Positions 24,016 to 34,776 of a DNA stretch of 64,000 nucleotides are shown one piece after another. Source of the DNA: Squalus acanthias (taxonomy: Eukaryota); assembly GCA_030390025.1 (NCBI GenBank), contig CM059431.1, positions 107,820,001 through 107,884,000 of the forward strand, in the 5' to 3' direction. The first letter of the stretch is position 1; each line of letters opens with the position of its first letter. A model generated the notes under the pieces. That model worked only from the letters and a program-made list of their open reading frames with translations. It was not told where the DNA came from and searched no databases. The position numbers and the translations under genes are program-made.

Positions 24016-24812
24016 GAATTTTTAAAAAGTAAAAGGAAGGTTTTCAGTAAGGGTGAGCTGGCAGTGGAAACACTATGGGTAGCTTTAAGGAACAGCAAAG
24101 GATGCAGGATTCTAGTACGAGTTGTCTACAGACCTCCTGATGTGGTTGGAGGATGTTTAGATACGAAGATCAGGCAAGCATGTAGGAAAGACAACGTGGT
24201 TATAATGGGAGATGTTCATTTTCACATAGACTGGGAGAAGCAGAACAGCTCAAGTAGTAAAGGTAGTGAATTTCTAGAATGTATTCATAGCAGTTTTCTA
24301 GAACAATGGGCTAAAAATTTGTGTCTTCTGCGCCACACGTTAGTGCCACGAGATGGCGCTAAAACACCGGCTGGCGCTCTACCGGCAGCTGGTGGTGGTT
24401 CCAGTGGCGGGCGCCATTTTTGTGTTGCTGGTATCGATGCCGGTAAACTCCATCGCCGGGGACATTTAAATCACGGAGATCATGATGTCAGTGAGTGTGC
24501 AACGCTCACTTGATGCCTGATCTCCTAATTTGGTATTGGCCATTGCAGTTACTGGCTGGAGAAAGCAACAACAGGTTAAGCTGGTGTGCAGCAGCAGGAA
24601 GCCGGCTCCAGCGACAATATTTAAAGGGATCCTCACCAATTACTCGCACTCGACAGGGTTTTGCAGTTTGAGTGGCTGGATGCTACTTCTTGCTACTGGA
24701 AGAGTTTTCTTTAGTTATTTCAAGGTTCTTTGGTATCAGGGAGTGTTCTGGCAAGTACAAAACTCTCTCATTATTTTTGAAACGCTTCAAAGTACAACAC
24801 TTGCTAAAAGTC

Positions 24813-25240
24813 ATGGGGCTGTACTGGCAGTCGACCTCACTCTCCAGGATTTACGGCGGAGGGAGCGAAGGCAGCGAGAATCACGGGAACATGTGTGCAG
24901 AGGGAGGAGGAGGGCCACCAGGGCTCTCAACGAGAGGCCTTACCCACCTAGGGTCTTCCGACAGCACTTCTCCTACCTCCAATTAAGTGAAGAGCAGTGT
25001 ATGAGGAGGCTCCGCTTCACCAAGGAGGTGGTCACAGAACTCTGCCACCTCCTGCGACCAGTCCTCCAGCCTCAGACCAGGGCGACTACAGCTCTCCCAG
25101 TGGCAGTCAAGGTCATCGTGGCTCTCAATTACTTTGCCAGCAGATCCTTCCAGTCTGCAGCAGGAGACATAGCTAACATCTCTCAGTTCACCATCCATCG
25201 CTGCATCTGGGAGGTCACTAAGGCTCTCCACACCAGGAGA
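24813..25240 (+). pseudogene. Harbinger transposase N-terminal fragment
   Basis: RPYPPRVFRQHFSYLQLSEEQCMRRLRFTKE..VALNYFA; frameshift just after the ATG; truncated before the DDE core. Confidence 0.9.
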
Positions 25241-25242
25241 TT

Positions 25243-26005
25243 GGCCCAGAAATTAAACATCGATGGTTCCCGCGGGGGTAAGGATTCCTCGCGATATCGC
25301 ACTCCGCGCCTACCTTTTTGTTTCGGGCCCACACGAACTTCAGTTTCAGGGCCTCTCCCTGTTGCCAGCGTGCAGTGCTTGCGTGTCCCAGAGGCGCAAT
25401 TAGTTTGTGCGAGCTCTGGGATCACGTGATTAAGTTAGAGCCAATGGCAGCACACCATCTTTCATTCATAGTTTTGACAGCAAAGGCTGTCAAAGCTATG
25501 AATACTACAAGCCCCCAAAAGAACAGCTAAACCTCAATTAAATTTAAAAAAAGCCATCACATTAATAAAATAACTATAGTTAAATAAATTAACCACTTTA
25601 AACAAAAAATTAAATTTTTGAAAAAGTTTAAAATCTTTTTAAAAGTTATAAAAATAAACTTACCTTTCTTTAAAGTCTCTAAAAAAGATAAACCTGTTGA
25701 AAAAAATTTAAAATAACACTTAATTAACTACTTACCTTGTTAAAAGTGGGTCCTACGCCTGCTTTCTTTATGTGTAAAATCTTCACCACTTACCTGCGCG
25801 TTCAAACCTGAAAAAAAAACTAAGTGCACTGCGTGCGCGCAGCCTGTAGCACGCACGCGGTTCACTTAGGAACCGCCCCCTTTGCAATACACGATGTGCC
25901 GGTTTCCCGCGCATGTGCAGTGCATGCAGGAAACCGGCAATTCGGGAACTAATACGTGAGAGTACACAGTGCGTACTCTCGCGTATTAGGTCTAATTTTC
26001 GGGCC
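25243..26005. mobile_element. Harbinger MITE with AT-rich core
   Basis: TIRs GGCCCAGAAATT / AATTTTCGGGCC, ATT on both flanks; same family as 60034-60776. Confidence 0.85.
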
Positions 26006-26007
26006 AT

Positions 26008-26810
26008 TATCTGAAAGCAGAAAGGCACAAGAGTCGGGTTATGGCGAGGGCCGGGTCAGGGTGGGGGGGGGGGGGGGGGGGCGAGAGAGAAATGCATGCA
26101 TATAGCCTGAGTAGCTTGAAAGTGAGAAAAGATTGTGGGCTGAGGGGGAAGTAGCGAGTGAGAAGAAGATTAGGAATGAACATACCGTTGTTGTCCCCAA
26201 GGGGGGCAACGTCACCGGTGACCACGGCGACGACAATGCGGCGCCCAATTATACCAGCTCTCGATTTTCTAGCTGGCTCAGCTCTTCAATGTCGGCCTGG
26301 CCCCCGCCCGTCCGTTCCTGCTCCCGGCGATTCTGTGCCAGTTTGGCCTGCAAGAGAAGTGTTGAGTGAGTTCAGTGCAATGTGACTGGGTGATGTGCCT
26401 GCCATAGTTGAATAGCTGTCATTGTGTGCAAGGTGTGAAATATGGGTGTGAGTGTGGATAGGTAGAGATTGTTGGTAGGTGAGTGCTGGGGGTGTGGTGC
26501 ACTGAGCAGTGTGTGAAGCTTGTGGTACAGATGGTGGTATGTGGCATTTGCTGAAGCCGTCATTCACCCTGACCACCCATGCGAGTTTGTTAAACTACTT
26601 CCTGCACTGGGTGTGGATCCTGGGGACCACAGTGCTGCCTGTGACATAGAGTGCCATCTCCCTCCACATAGTCCGGGATATTTGTGGCGAGGGCCTCCTG
26701 CCAGTTTGCGGGTATAGGACTACCCGCCTCCTCTCCACCGCGAACACCAATGCCTCAAGAGCTTCATCTTAGAACCTACGGGCTCTCTCCCTCCGTCTCC
26801 GGTCTGCCAT
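26008..26810 (-). pseudogene. Harbinger Myb/SANT gene relic (exons 1-2)
   Basis: MADRRRRERARRF*DEALEALVFAVERRR..QCRK; exon 2 AKLAQNRREQERTGGG. Confidence 0.8.
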
Positions 26811-27312
26811 GGCTGCAATTGATCTCTTCTTAATGTCGGTTGCTTTGCTGTTAGGGCAGCTGCAGATCTAACAAATCTGACAATGATGTGCTGCAGCATC
26901 AATTATCCTCCCCTTTAAGTAAGGGAAAAAGCCTGTGGCAATCATGAGTTGCAATTAGACTGCCCCCGATACTGATCCAGCTGTTCAGTGTCACGGCAAT
27001 GAGCTTGAGTTTTAAGACTAAAATCATGAGTAAAATCATGTTAATGAGGAGCGAGCATGAATTTTGCGTGCTACCTAGACCATCTCCAGGTGGCGCAGCT
27101 TAAACATTTCTTGGCTATAACAAATTTCTGGAATTGACAAGAAAACAATCAATTCTAGATTTAGAGATGAGAAACAAACTGGAACAGTCACCATAATATG
27201 ATTGACCCATTCGGCTTAAGCTCCATTTGAGCTTCCTCCCACTTACTTAATCGCACCCTATCTGTGGGGAGTCCAAAATTGGAGGCCATAAATATAAGAT
27301 AGTCACTAATAA

Positions 27313-27639
27313 GGGCAACACGGTGGCATAGTGGTTAGCACTGTTGCCTCACAGCGCCAGGGACCCGGGTTCGAATCCGGCCACGGGTGACTGTCTGTGT
27401 GGAGTTTGCACATTCTCCCCGTGTCTGTGTGGGTTTCCTCCGGGTGCTCCGGTTTCCTCCCACAGTCCAAAGATGTGCGGGTTAGGTTGATTTGGCTATG
27501 ATAAATTGACCCTTAGTGTTAGGGGGATTAAATACGTGGGGTTACGGGGATAGGGTGGGATATGTGTCGGTGCAGGCTCGATGGGCCGAAATGGCCTCTA
27601 TCTGCACTGTGGGGATTCTGTGATTCTGTGATTCTGTGA
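27313..27639 (+). mobile_element. HE1-type V-SINE nested in a CR1 3' fragment (27262-27897)
   Basis: A box TGGCATAGTGGTTAG, B box GGTTCGAATCC, V domain GTGGAGTTTGCACATTCTCCCCGTGTCTG..GGGTTTCCTCCGGGTGCTCCGGTTTCCTCCCAC, CR1-like tail (GATTCTGT)n. Confidence 0.9.
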
Positions 27640-27897
27640 AATCCAATAAGGAATTCAGGAGAAACTTCTTTACCCAGAGAGTGGTGAGAATGTGGAACTC
27701 GCCACTAGATGGAGAAGTTGAGGCGAATAGTATAGATGCATTTAAGGGGAAGCTAGCTAAGCACATGCAGGAGAAAGGAATAGAAGGATATGCAGATAGT
27801 GTTAGAGTAAGTAGGGTGGGAGGAAAGTTGTGCGGAGCACGAACACCAGCATAGACCAGTTGGGCTGAATGGCCTGTTTCTGTGCTGTAAATTCTAT

Positions 27898-28609
27898 GGA
27901 CCTGAGTTTGTGGTCGGAGGCTTCCCGCGGGCGGATGCCTCTGAATCGCAATAAATTTAAGCACCTACCCCACGGAGACTCGCGCTCCTGGGCCTCTCTG
28001 CATAGACATGCGTAATGGCCCACATATCCCAGAGGCGCAGGCGGTTCACAAGTGTTCCTGGGATCACGTGAGCCGGCCCAATCAATGAGAAAGGGGGATT
28101 CCCATTATGCCGTTTACGTACGGAATTCCCATAAGCATGAATAGGAATCACATAAAAAGCACATTTTTACAGCACTGAAATAAAAAATTGCTTAAAATTA
28201 ATTAAAATACAATTTAATTAAACATTTAAAACAAAAAATTAAATTTTTGAAAATAAATTTAAACATTTTTCAAGGGGCCAAAAATAACACCAACTTATTT
28301 TACAGGTTTTTGAATGTTAGAATGATTTAAAAAATTTATTTTAATATTTATTTTCATCCTTACGCTGCCAAACGAAGGCCTTCCGACTGCTTTTACCAGG
28401 CGTAAAAGAGTTTCATGGGCATTCACTGGGCAAATAGCCCAACTCTCCACCCACGAATGTCCATTCCCTGCGCACGCGGAGGATCTGTCAAACCTGACAG
28501 ACCGCAAGTTCCAGGTTTTCGCGCCTGCGCAGCCCATGTGTAATCCTGGAACTTGCGAGGCACTTACGGCCGCCACGTACGTGGTAATAGGCCAGGGAAA
28601 ATCCAGACC
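27898..28609. mobile_element. Harbinger MITE with AT-rich core
   Basis: Degenerate TIRs GGACCTGAGTTT / AAATCCAGACC, TAT on both flanks; similar to 34020-34776 and 63518 onward. Confidence 0.75.
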
Positions 28610-29996
28610 TATGTAATGATGCCCTGAGACCAAGGTAAGAAATGGGTCCTGGATTTCCAGTGAGCAATGCTACATGAGACCTACGATCACATCAAGCATT
28701 TTTGCTTTTAGACAATAGAACAAGCTGAAATAAATATTTCAGTCACTCTATTAAATGCTGATTTTACTTCTGTTGCCATATTCAGCCACAAGATGACAGC
28801 AGTGCTCCTGCATTACCCGCCTATCACCAACCGGAGCCACAAATAAATTGAGCCGAGGCAAATAACAAGGCTTTATTTTGCGTGCGGTGGTGAGTTTGTT
28901 GCCCCATTAGCACCAGGGCGTAAGTAGCTGCTATTCACCTACTATGCGCTCACAGACTTAACTTTTCTGTGGACTATCCTGTGTAAAAGGGGCAGGTCAA
29001 AAGTATCTTACATCAGCTCCCAATTTTCCCTGGTTCTGTAGCACAGTTCTAGACCACATTGAATCACCAAAACCACGTTAAAATCCCGATATTCCGAGGC
29101 CCCACTTATCACGCCGAATCTTACAACTTGTGGGCGAGGTTCTGCTCACAGCGTATTGCTTGGTCATTTATATTCCGCAAATGGCCGGGTCAATTTTCCT
29201 CCCCTCCTCTCCCCACCCCAAGTGCAATTTGTCTGGCCTACAGTTCCTGGTGGTAACCATTTTGATGGGCCACCGTACCCTGGCGCCGGTCTGCTCTTTA
29301 ACTTGGCTTTGCACCTGGAAATAGGAGGTGAAAGTCAACTGTTGCTACAGGCCTGAGACCTGCAGCAGGAGTAATAGCTAACTATTTTGGGAGGTGCTTC
29401 TGGTTGCTGTCCATAAAACGCTGCCAGAAGGTCTCTAGCCCTGATTGTCTTCCTACTGGACTTGGAAGGAAAAAAAGGTACTTAGGGGTAAAAATTCAGT
29501 TGGTTGCACCTCCCGTTAGCGCCTTAAATGGGCGCTAATGGGGCGTTAAGGCGCTAACGCCCGGGCGCAGCGCTGTTTGCGCCGCTCGAGAACTTAACTT
29601 GAGATTGTGCGGCGGCGCTAAAACTTACCGCTGCGACCACCTGCGCGCGCAGATTGTGACGTCAGTCCGTGGTGCAACGCCCTTGGGGCGCCCCGGAGCG
29701 GAAATTGAGTGGCGCCCCCTGCCTTACCGCCTGGCGCTTCCAACGACCGGAAGACTGGAACGTTATCAATCGGTCTGGGGCTGGGGGGGGCGCTATTTAA
29801 AGGGGGCCTCTTCCTGTCTTTTTCTGTGGTCGACATTTATGCACCACTCGTTCTGAGAGAGAGAGAGAGATTCGGAGAGAGAGAGAGAGAGACTTCTACA
29901 TTGACTCAACGCTTTGTGAGGTAGTTTTGCCTAGTTCATCCTAACTTTGCTGCTACTTTCGTTGCTGTACCTCATTACTTTTCTGGCAAAGAGAAG

Positions 29997-31157
29997 ATGG
30001 GGGCTGCAATGATTGGGGGCGTCGTCCTGCTCCAGCTCAATCGGAGCAGAGTGAGACGCAGACAGAGAGTGGCAATGATGGCCAGACGGAGGAGGCCCAT
30101 CAGGCGCATGTACAGGAGAGCTTACCCTCCCAGGGTATATCGTGAACAGCTCTCCTACATCCACATGTCCGAGGAGCTGTGTTTGCGAAGGCTGCGATTC
30201 AGCAAGGAGGTGGTCACTGAGCTCTGCCACCTGCTGCAGCCAGATCTGCAGCCTCAGCTGAGGTCCAGGACGTCTCTGTCGGTGGCAGTGAAGGTCACAG
30301 TGGCCTTGAACTTCTACGCCACTGGCTCATTCCAAGCTGCTGTTGGGGACCTCGCCAATATCTCCCAGTTTGCGGTGCATCGCTGCATCCGGCAGGTCAC
30401 CAATGCCCTCTTCACAAGGAGACGAGACTTCATCTCCTTGCCTATGACCCCAGACAAGCAGCATGACCGTGCTATGGGCTTTGCGAGGGTAGCGGGCTTC
30501 CCCATGGTGCAGGGCGCCATTGACTGCACGCATGTGGCTTTGCGTGCTCCGCGAGAGAATGCAGAGGAGTTCCGGAACAGAAAGGGGTTCCATTCCTTGA
30601 ATGTGCAGTTGGTCTGTGACCACAGACAGGTGATTCTCGCTGTCAATGCCCACTATCCGGGCAGCTGCCACGATGCTTTCATCCTGCGCCAGAGTACTGT
30701 GGCAGAAATTTTCGAGGCACCGCATCAGCCAGTCGGTTGGCTTCTGGGGGACAAGGGGTACGCATTGAGCACCTGGCTGATGACACCGCTCCGTGCGCCA
30801 AACACCCCTGCTGAGCTGCGGTACCAGGAAAGCCAACAAGCAACGAGGAACATTATTGAGCGCACAATCGGCGTGCTCAAACAACGATTCCGCTGTCTGG
30901 ACCATTCCGGAGGAGCCCTGCAGTACTCGCCTGAGCAAGTTTCCAAATTCGTAGTGGTGTGCTGCATGTTGCACAACATGGCAATCCTCAGGACGCAGCC
31001 AATGCCACCAGGCCTTGCAGCACCACAAGAGGAGGAGGAGGAAGAGGAGGAACAGGCCGAGGACGATGATCAGCAGCAGCACCAAGGCAGGAGGGCGGCC
31101 CACAATGGTCAAACTGCAATGGCCGTCCGTCAACGACTAATAGCAAGCCGCTTCTAG
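29997..31157 (+). CDS. Harbinger (HARBI1-like) DDE transposase, intact, 386 aa
   Basis: HTH region ALNFYATGSFQ..ISQFAV; GAIDCTH, NRKGFHSLNVQLVCD, YPGSCHD, LLGDKGY, IERTIGVLKQRF, CCMLHN; acidic tail; no stops. Confidence 0.96.
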   Translation: MGAAMIGGVVLLQLNRSRVRRRQRVAMMARRRRPIRRMYRRAYPPRVYREQLSYIHMSEELCLRRLRFSKEVVTELCHLLQPDLQPQLRSRTSLSVAVKVTVALNFYATGSFQAAVGDLANISQFAVHRCIRQVTNALFTRRRDFISLPMTPDKQHDRAMGFARVAGFPMVQGAIDCTHVALRAPRENAEEFRNRKGFHSLNVQLVCDHRQVILAVNAHYPGSCHDAFILRQSTVAEIFEAPHQPVGWLLGDKGYALSTWLMTPLRAPNTPAELRYQESQQATRNIIERTIGVLKQRFRCLDHSGGALQYSPEQVSKFVVVCCMLHNMAILRTQPMPPGLAAPQEEEEEEEEQAEDDDQQQHQGRRAAHNGQTAMAVRQRLIASRF

Positions 31158-31451
31158 GGCCCCTGCCAGTGCTACAAACACGAATCAACCCAGCACGCAA
31201 CCCCTAAGCCGGCCAAGGCACCAATAATTCCAACCACCAGCCATGTATATTTTGAATACAGAAACTTATTTATTGTACAAACTCTGTGTGTGTCAATTCC
31301 TCATGACAAACTCATAGAAATAAACACAAAAAAACAGTCAATAACATAACTGGTTCTCACAACCTGGAGATAATGTCCAAAACACTAAACAAAAGTTGGG
31401 CCATGAACCTCGGCCTTTAATAAAAAAATGACCAGCATTTTGGCACACCTC

Positions 31452-32518
31452 CTACTTTTTGCCCTTCGAGGGTGATCTCCTTCCCTTGCGCACTTCCCCC
31501 CTTCTAACCCTACTGCTCCTCCGTAATGGGACCTCAGTGGCTGCAGCAAGGCTGGTGGAAGGCTGCTGCTTGTCAGACCCTGACACTGCAGATGCCCCTG
31601 AAGGACGGCCTCGACCACTTCTGGGCCTGGAGGGCCCGGCTGCAGACTGCACCAACTCTGCATGGGCGGCAGCAGTCTGTCCTACAGGCGGTGGCAAGTG
31701 CAGTGGAGAAGTGACAGTGTTGGCAGCAGGAATGCTGTCATCGTGAGAGAGGACAGCAACTCCCTGCTCGCCCGACACACTGGCACTCCCACGGGGCAGC
31801 ACTTCAGCATCCGGAGCAATTTGCCTGAGAACAGATTGCTGGCCTGCTGCGGCGCGGTGACAGCCCCGGGGACATGTGCACGAACCATCGAGGATGGCAG
31901 CAGTCAGTGCTCGCGTGGCCTCAATCTGAGTCTGCATGAGAGCAGGCTCAGATGGGTTCCTGGCAGCCAGTGACTGAATTGCAGCAGTAAGCTTTAGTGT
32001 GGCATCCGCCTGTGCTACAGCGAAGTGCTCCACACTCCTTGCCAGTGCCTCAATGCATTCGGGCACCCTTCCCACTGCACCCATGAGCTCAGTGTGCATG
32101 ACCACCGCCTGGCTGTTCATTTCTGCAATCATCCGCTCCTCCTCTGCGTCCATTGCATTAGGAGTGTCTGGCATACTCTCCCTCTGGGGAGAAGGCTCCC
32201 GTTCTTCCCTCCCCCCCCCATGGCGTTGCTGCAGCCCGCTGGGTCCTGGAACTTCACCATCATCAGCCCCTTCCCCCCTGCTCCCCCGTTCTTCCCTCCC
32301 CCCCCCATGGCGTTGCTGCAGCCCGCTGGGTCCTGGAACTTCACCATCATCAGCCCCTTCCCCCCTGCTCCCCTCCGGGGAAGGCGTGTTCCCAGTGTGG
32401 CCATGGGCTTCCTCGGGAGAGGGTGGCACTGATGCTCCGGCTTCCTCTTCCTCCTCAGCTGCAGCATCACTCCCAGTGGCAGCTTCAGGGACCATCTCCT
32501 CAGCTGGTGAATCACCAT
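31452..32518 (-). CDS. Harbinger Myb/SANT partner gene, exon 3
   Basis: Acceptor CCCTGCTTTCAG at 32520-32519; phase-1 join reads into ORF 31452-32495; basic C-terminus; 87-bp in-frame duplication. Confidence 0.82.
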
Positions 32519-32677
32519 CTGAAAGCAGGGAGGTACAAGAGTGGCTTTAGCGTGAGGACAGGGTGGCAGTAAGGGAGGAATAAGTGCAGCGAGTTAGCAA
32601 GTTGGATTGAAAGTGTCAAAGGCTGGTATTGTGAGGGACAAGTGGAAGGACAGAGGACAAAAAGGTGATGACCTTAC

Positions 32678-32840
32678 CATTGCTGTCCACAACGGGGTCG
32701 GCGTCTCCAGTGGCGACGGGACCGATCACCCGGCTTGCCACAATCCTGTGGACGCGCTCCTCCAGATCGCTGAGGGGTTGCAGCTGAAGCCGCCCTCCAC
32801 CCGTCCATTGCTGCTGTCTCCGATTATGAGCCAGCTTAGC
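32678..32840 (-). CDS. Harbinger Myb/SANT partner gene, exon 2 (163 nt)
   Basis: TTTTTCTTGCAG acceptor, GTAAG donor; AKLAHNRRQQQWTGGG..LSDLEERV; same length as the homologous exon at 40600-40762. Confidence 0.85.
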
Positions 32841-32868
32841 CTGCAAGAAAAAGGACAGCATCTGAGTC

Positions 32869-33192
32869 AATATACAGCCATGGTCTTGCCTGATGTGCCT
32901 CCCATAGGTGAATAGCCCTTACAATATGCAGCCATGGTCTTGCCTGATGTGCCTCCCATAGGTGAATAGCCCTTACAATATGCAGCCATGGTCTTGCCTG
33001 ATGTGCCTCCCATAGGTGAATAGCCCTTACAATATGCAGCCATGGTCTTGCCTGATGTGCCTCCCATAGGTGAATAGCCCTTACAATATGCAGCCATGGT
33101 CTTGCCTGATGTGCCTCCCATAGGTGAATAGCCCTTACAATATGCAGCCATGGTCTTGCCTGATGTGCCTCCCATAGGTGAATAGCCCTTAC
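32869..33192. repeat. 54-bp minisatellite, 6 copies, in Myb intron 1
   Basis: AATATGCAGCCATGGTCTTGCCTGATGTGCCTCCCATAGGTGAATAGCCCTTAC repeated almost perfectly. Confidence 0.97.
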
Positions 33193-33340
33193 TGTATGCA
33201 AAGTGTGGAATGTGTGTGTGTGTTTGATGAAAGGGCCATAGGTGTTGGATGAGTGTTGTGCATTGGGGTTTTAAGACCCTCTGGCCATAGAGTGAGGTTG
33301 AGATGGAGGGATGGAGAGGTATTGAGAAAAAGCCACTCAC

Positions 33341-33545
33341 CCTGACGACCCGAGTGAGGTCGTTGAACTTTTTGCGGCACTGGACATGGGTCCTGGGCAC
33401 CATGCTCCTGGAGGAGACGCTCTGAGCCACCTCCCTCCACACTCTTCTGAACTCGCGTGGCAAAGGCCTCCTGCCACTCTCTGGGAACAGCATGCATCGT
33501 CTGCGCTCCACTGCGTCAACCAGAGCATCCAAGGCCCGCTCGGCA
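33341..33545 (-). CDS. Harbinger Myb/SANT partner gene, exon 1 (start codon apparently missing)
   Basis: ALDALVDAVERRR..LF..WREVAQSVS..RTHVQCRKKFNDL trihelix pattern; donor GTGAGT at 33340, phase 0. Confidence 0.8.
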
Positions 33546-34019
33546 GCAAAATGGATTACAGGTCTCTCCAGGCTGAGATTCAAGGCTGCAATGAGCAGGG
33601 TGTGGCTGGGGAGCAAGTGGCCCCCCCCGCTTTAAGAAGTGTCCGGCGCCAGTGTGTCTGTGTTACCGCGCTAACTGGCAGCAGCTGCGCTGCGCTCGTG
33701 CGCTGAGTTAGCGCCTCACTCCTAGGCCTTTGTGCCTTAAGAGAGGTGTGCAGCGCCTAATTTAGCGCTCCACTCACCTCCCGGGGCGGTAAAAGTGAAG
33801 TTTCCTGTCAGTGCCGATAATTAGCGCCAGGCGCTAATATTTGCGCGCGGACGATATTTGCGCCCCAAATGGGGCGCGACCTAATTTCTACCCCTTAACT
33901 TTTTGGACCTTCCACGTGTTATGTCCAAATAAGCACTCGTGGGCTTTTACTTCCAGAAATTCTTGTCAAAGAATAACAAAAACAATACAAGGTACACCTT
34001 GGAGTGAAAATGCTATAAT

Positions 34020-34776
34020 GGTCCGTAATTTCTGATAGGAGGCTTCCTGCGTGCGGAGGCCTCCTATCGGGAAAAAATCTACGCCCTTACCTGAGGGCTC
34101 CCGAGGTCTGGCCATTTCCGATCCTGGGCCTCTCCACAGTCGAAATGCGCAGGGCCCACGTATCCCAGGGGCGCAGGCGGTTCGCAAGCGCCCCTGGGAT
34201 CACGTGGGCCAGGCAAGCCAATGGGAGAAGGGAATCTCCCTTCATGCTTTTGACAGATAGACCCGTCAATAGTATGAATAGGGATCACTGAAAAAAGACA
34301 CTACAACATTAAATAATTTTTTTTTTAAATCACGTTTTTAAAATGAGTCAAAATTACATTAAATTAAATATTTTAAACAAAAACTTAATTTTTTGAAAAA
34401 AATAATTAAAGTTTTTTACGGGGCTAAAAATAAACTTACCTTTTTTAAAGGTATTTTTAAATTATAAATGAGTGAAAAAATATATATTTACTTTTTTAAA
34501 CTCTTATGCTGGTAAAAGCAGGCCTTACGCAGGCTTTTACCAGGCGTAAGATTTCTAAGGGTTTTCTGCGGGCGGAGGTTCTGCAGAAAGCGGAACTCTC
34601 CACCCGCAGAGGCCCTTCTCCAGGGCAGGCGTCCGATCTGTCAAGAGGATTCTTGACAGATCGGAAGTGCCGGTTTTCAGCGCATGCGCTTTGCATGCCT
34701 GAAACCGGCACTTGCGAGGTCCCTACGGGTGGGTACACAGCTCGTACCCACCCGTAGGAATCGGAAAATACGGGCC
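34020..34776. mobile_element. Harbinger MITE with AT-rich core
   Basis: TIRs GGTCCGTAATTT / AAAATACGGGCC; arms near-identical to 47050-47418. Confidence 0.85.

Larger units (their letters stand above)
24308..27130 (+). mobile_element. Harbinger transposon, internally deleted
   Basis: Left end GGGCTAAAAATT; transposase 5' half and Myb exons 1-2 remain; homologous to 37419-41563. Right boundary approximate. Confidence 0.85.
29485..33894 (+). mobile_element. Full-length PIF/Harbinger transposon (4410 bp)
   Basis: 12-bp TIRs GGGGTAAAAATT / AATTTCTACCCC (1 mismatch); TTA at 29482-29484 and 33895-33897; convergent transposase and Myb genes. Confidence 0.96.

Noticed and set aside
27313..27385. 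tRNA gene (also 5970-6041)
   Set aside because: A and B boxes run into SINE bodies and LINE-derived tails; these are SINE heads.
30314..31133. Antisense ORFs over the transposase (and similar ones over the PLE ORF)
   Set aside because: Shadow frames of GC-rich coding sequence.
29997..31157. Domesticated host HARBI1 gene
   Set aside because: It is flanked by TIRs and a target duplication, paired with a Myb gene, and has several paralogous copies nearby, so it is a transposon.
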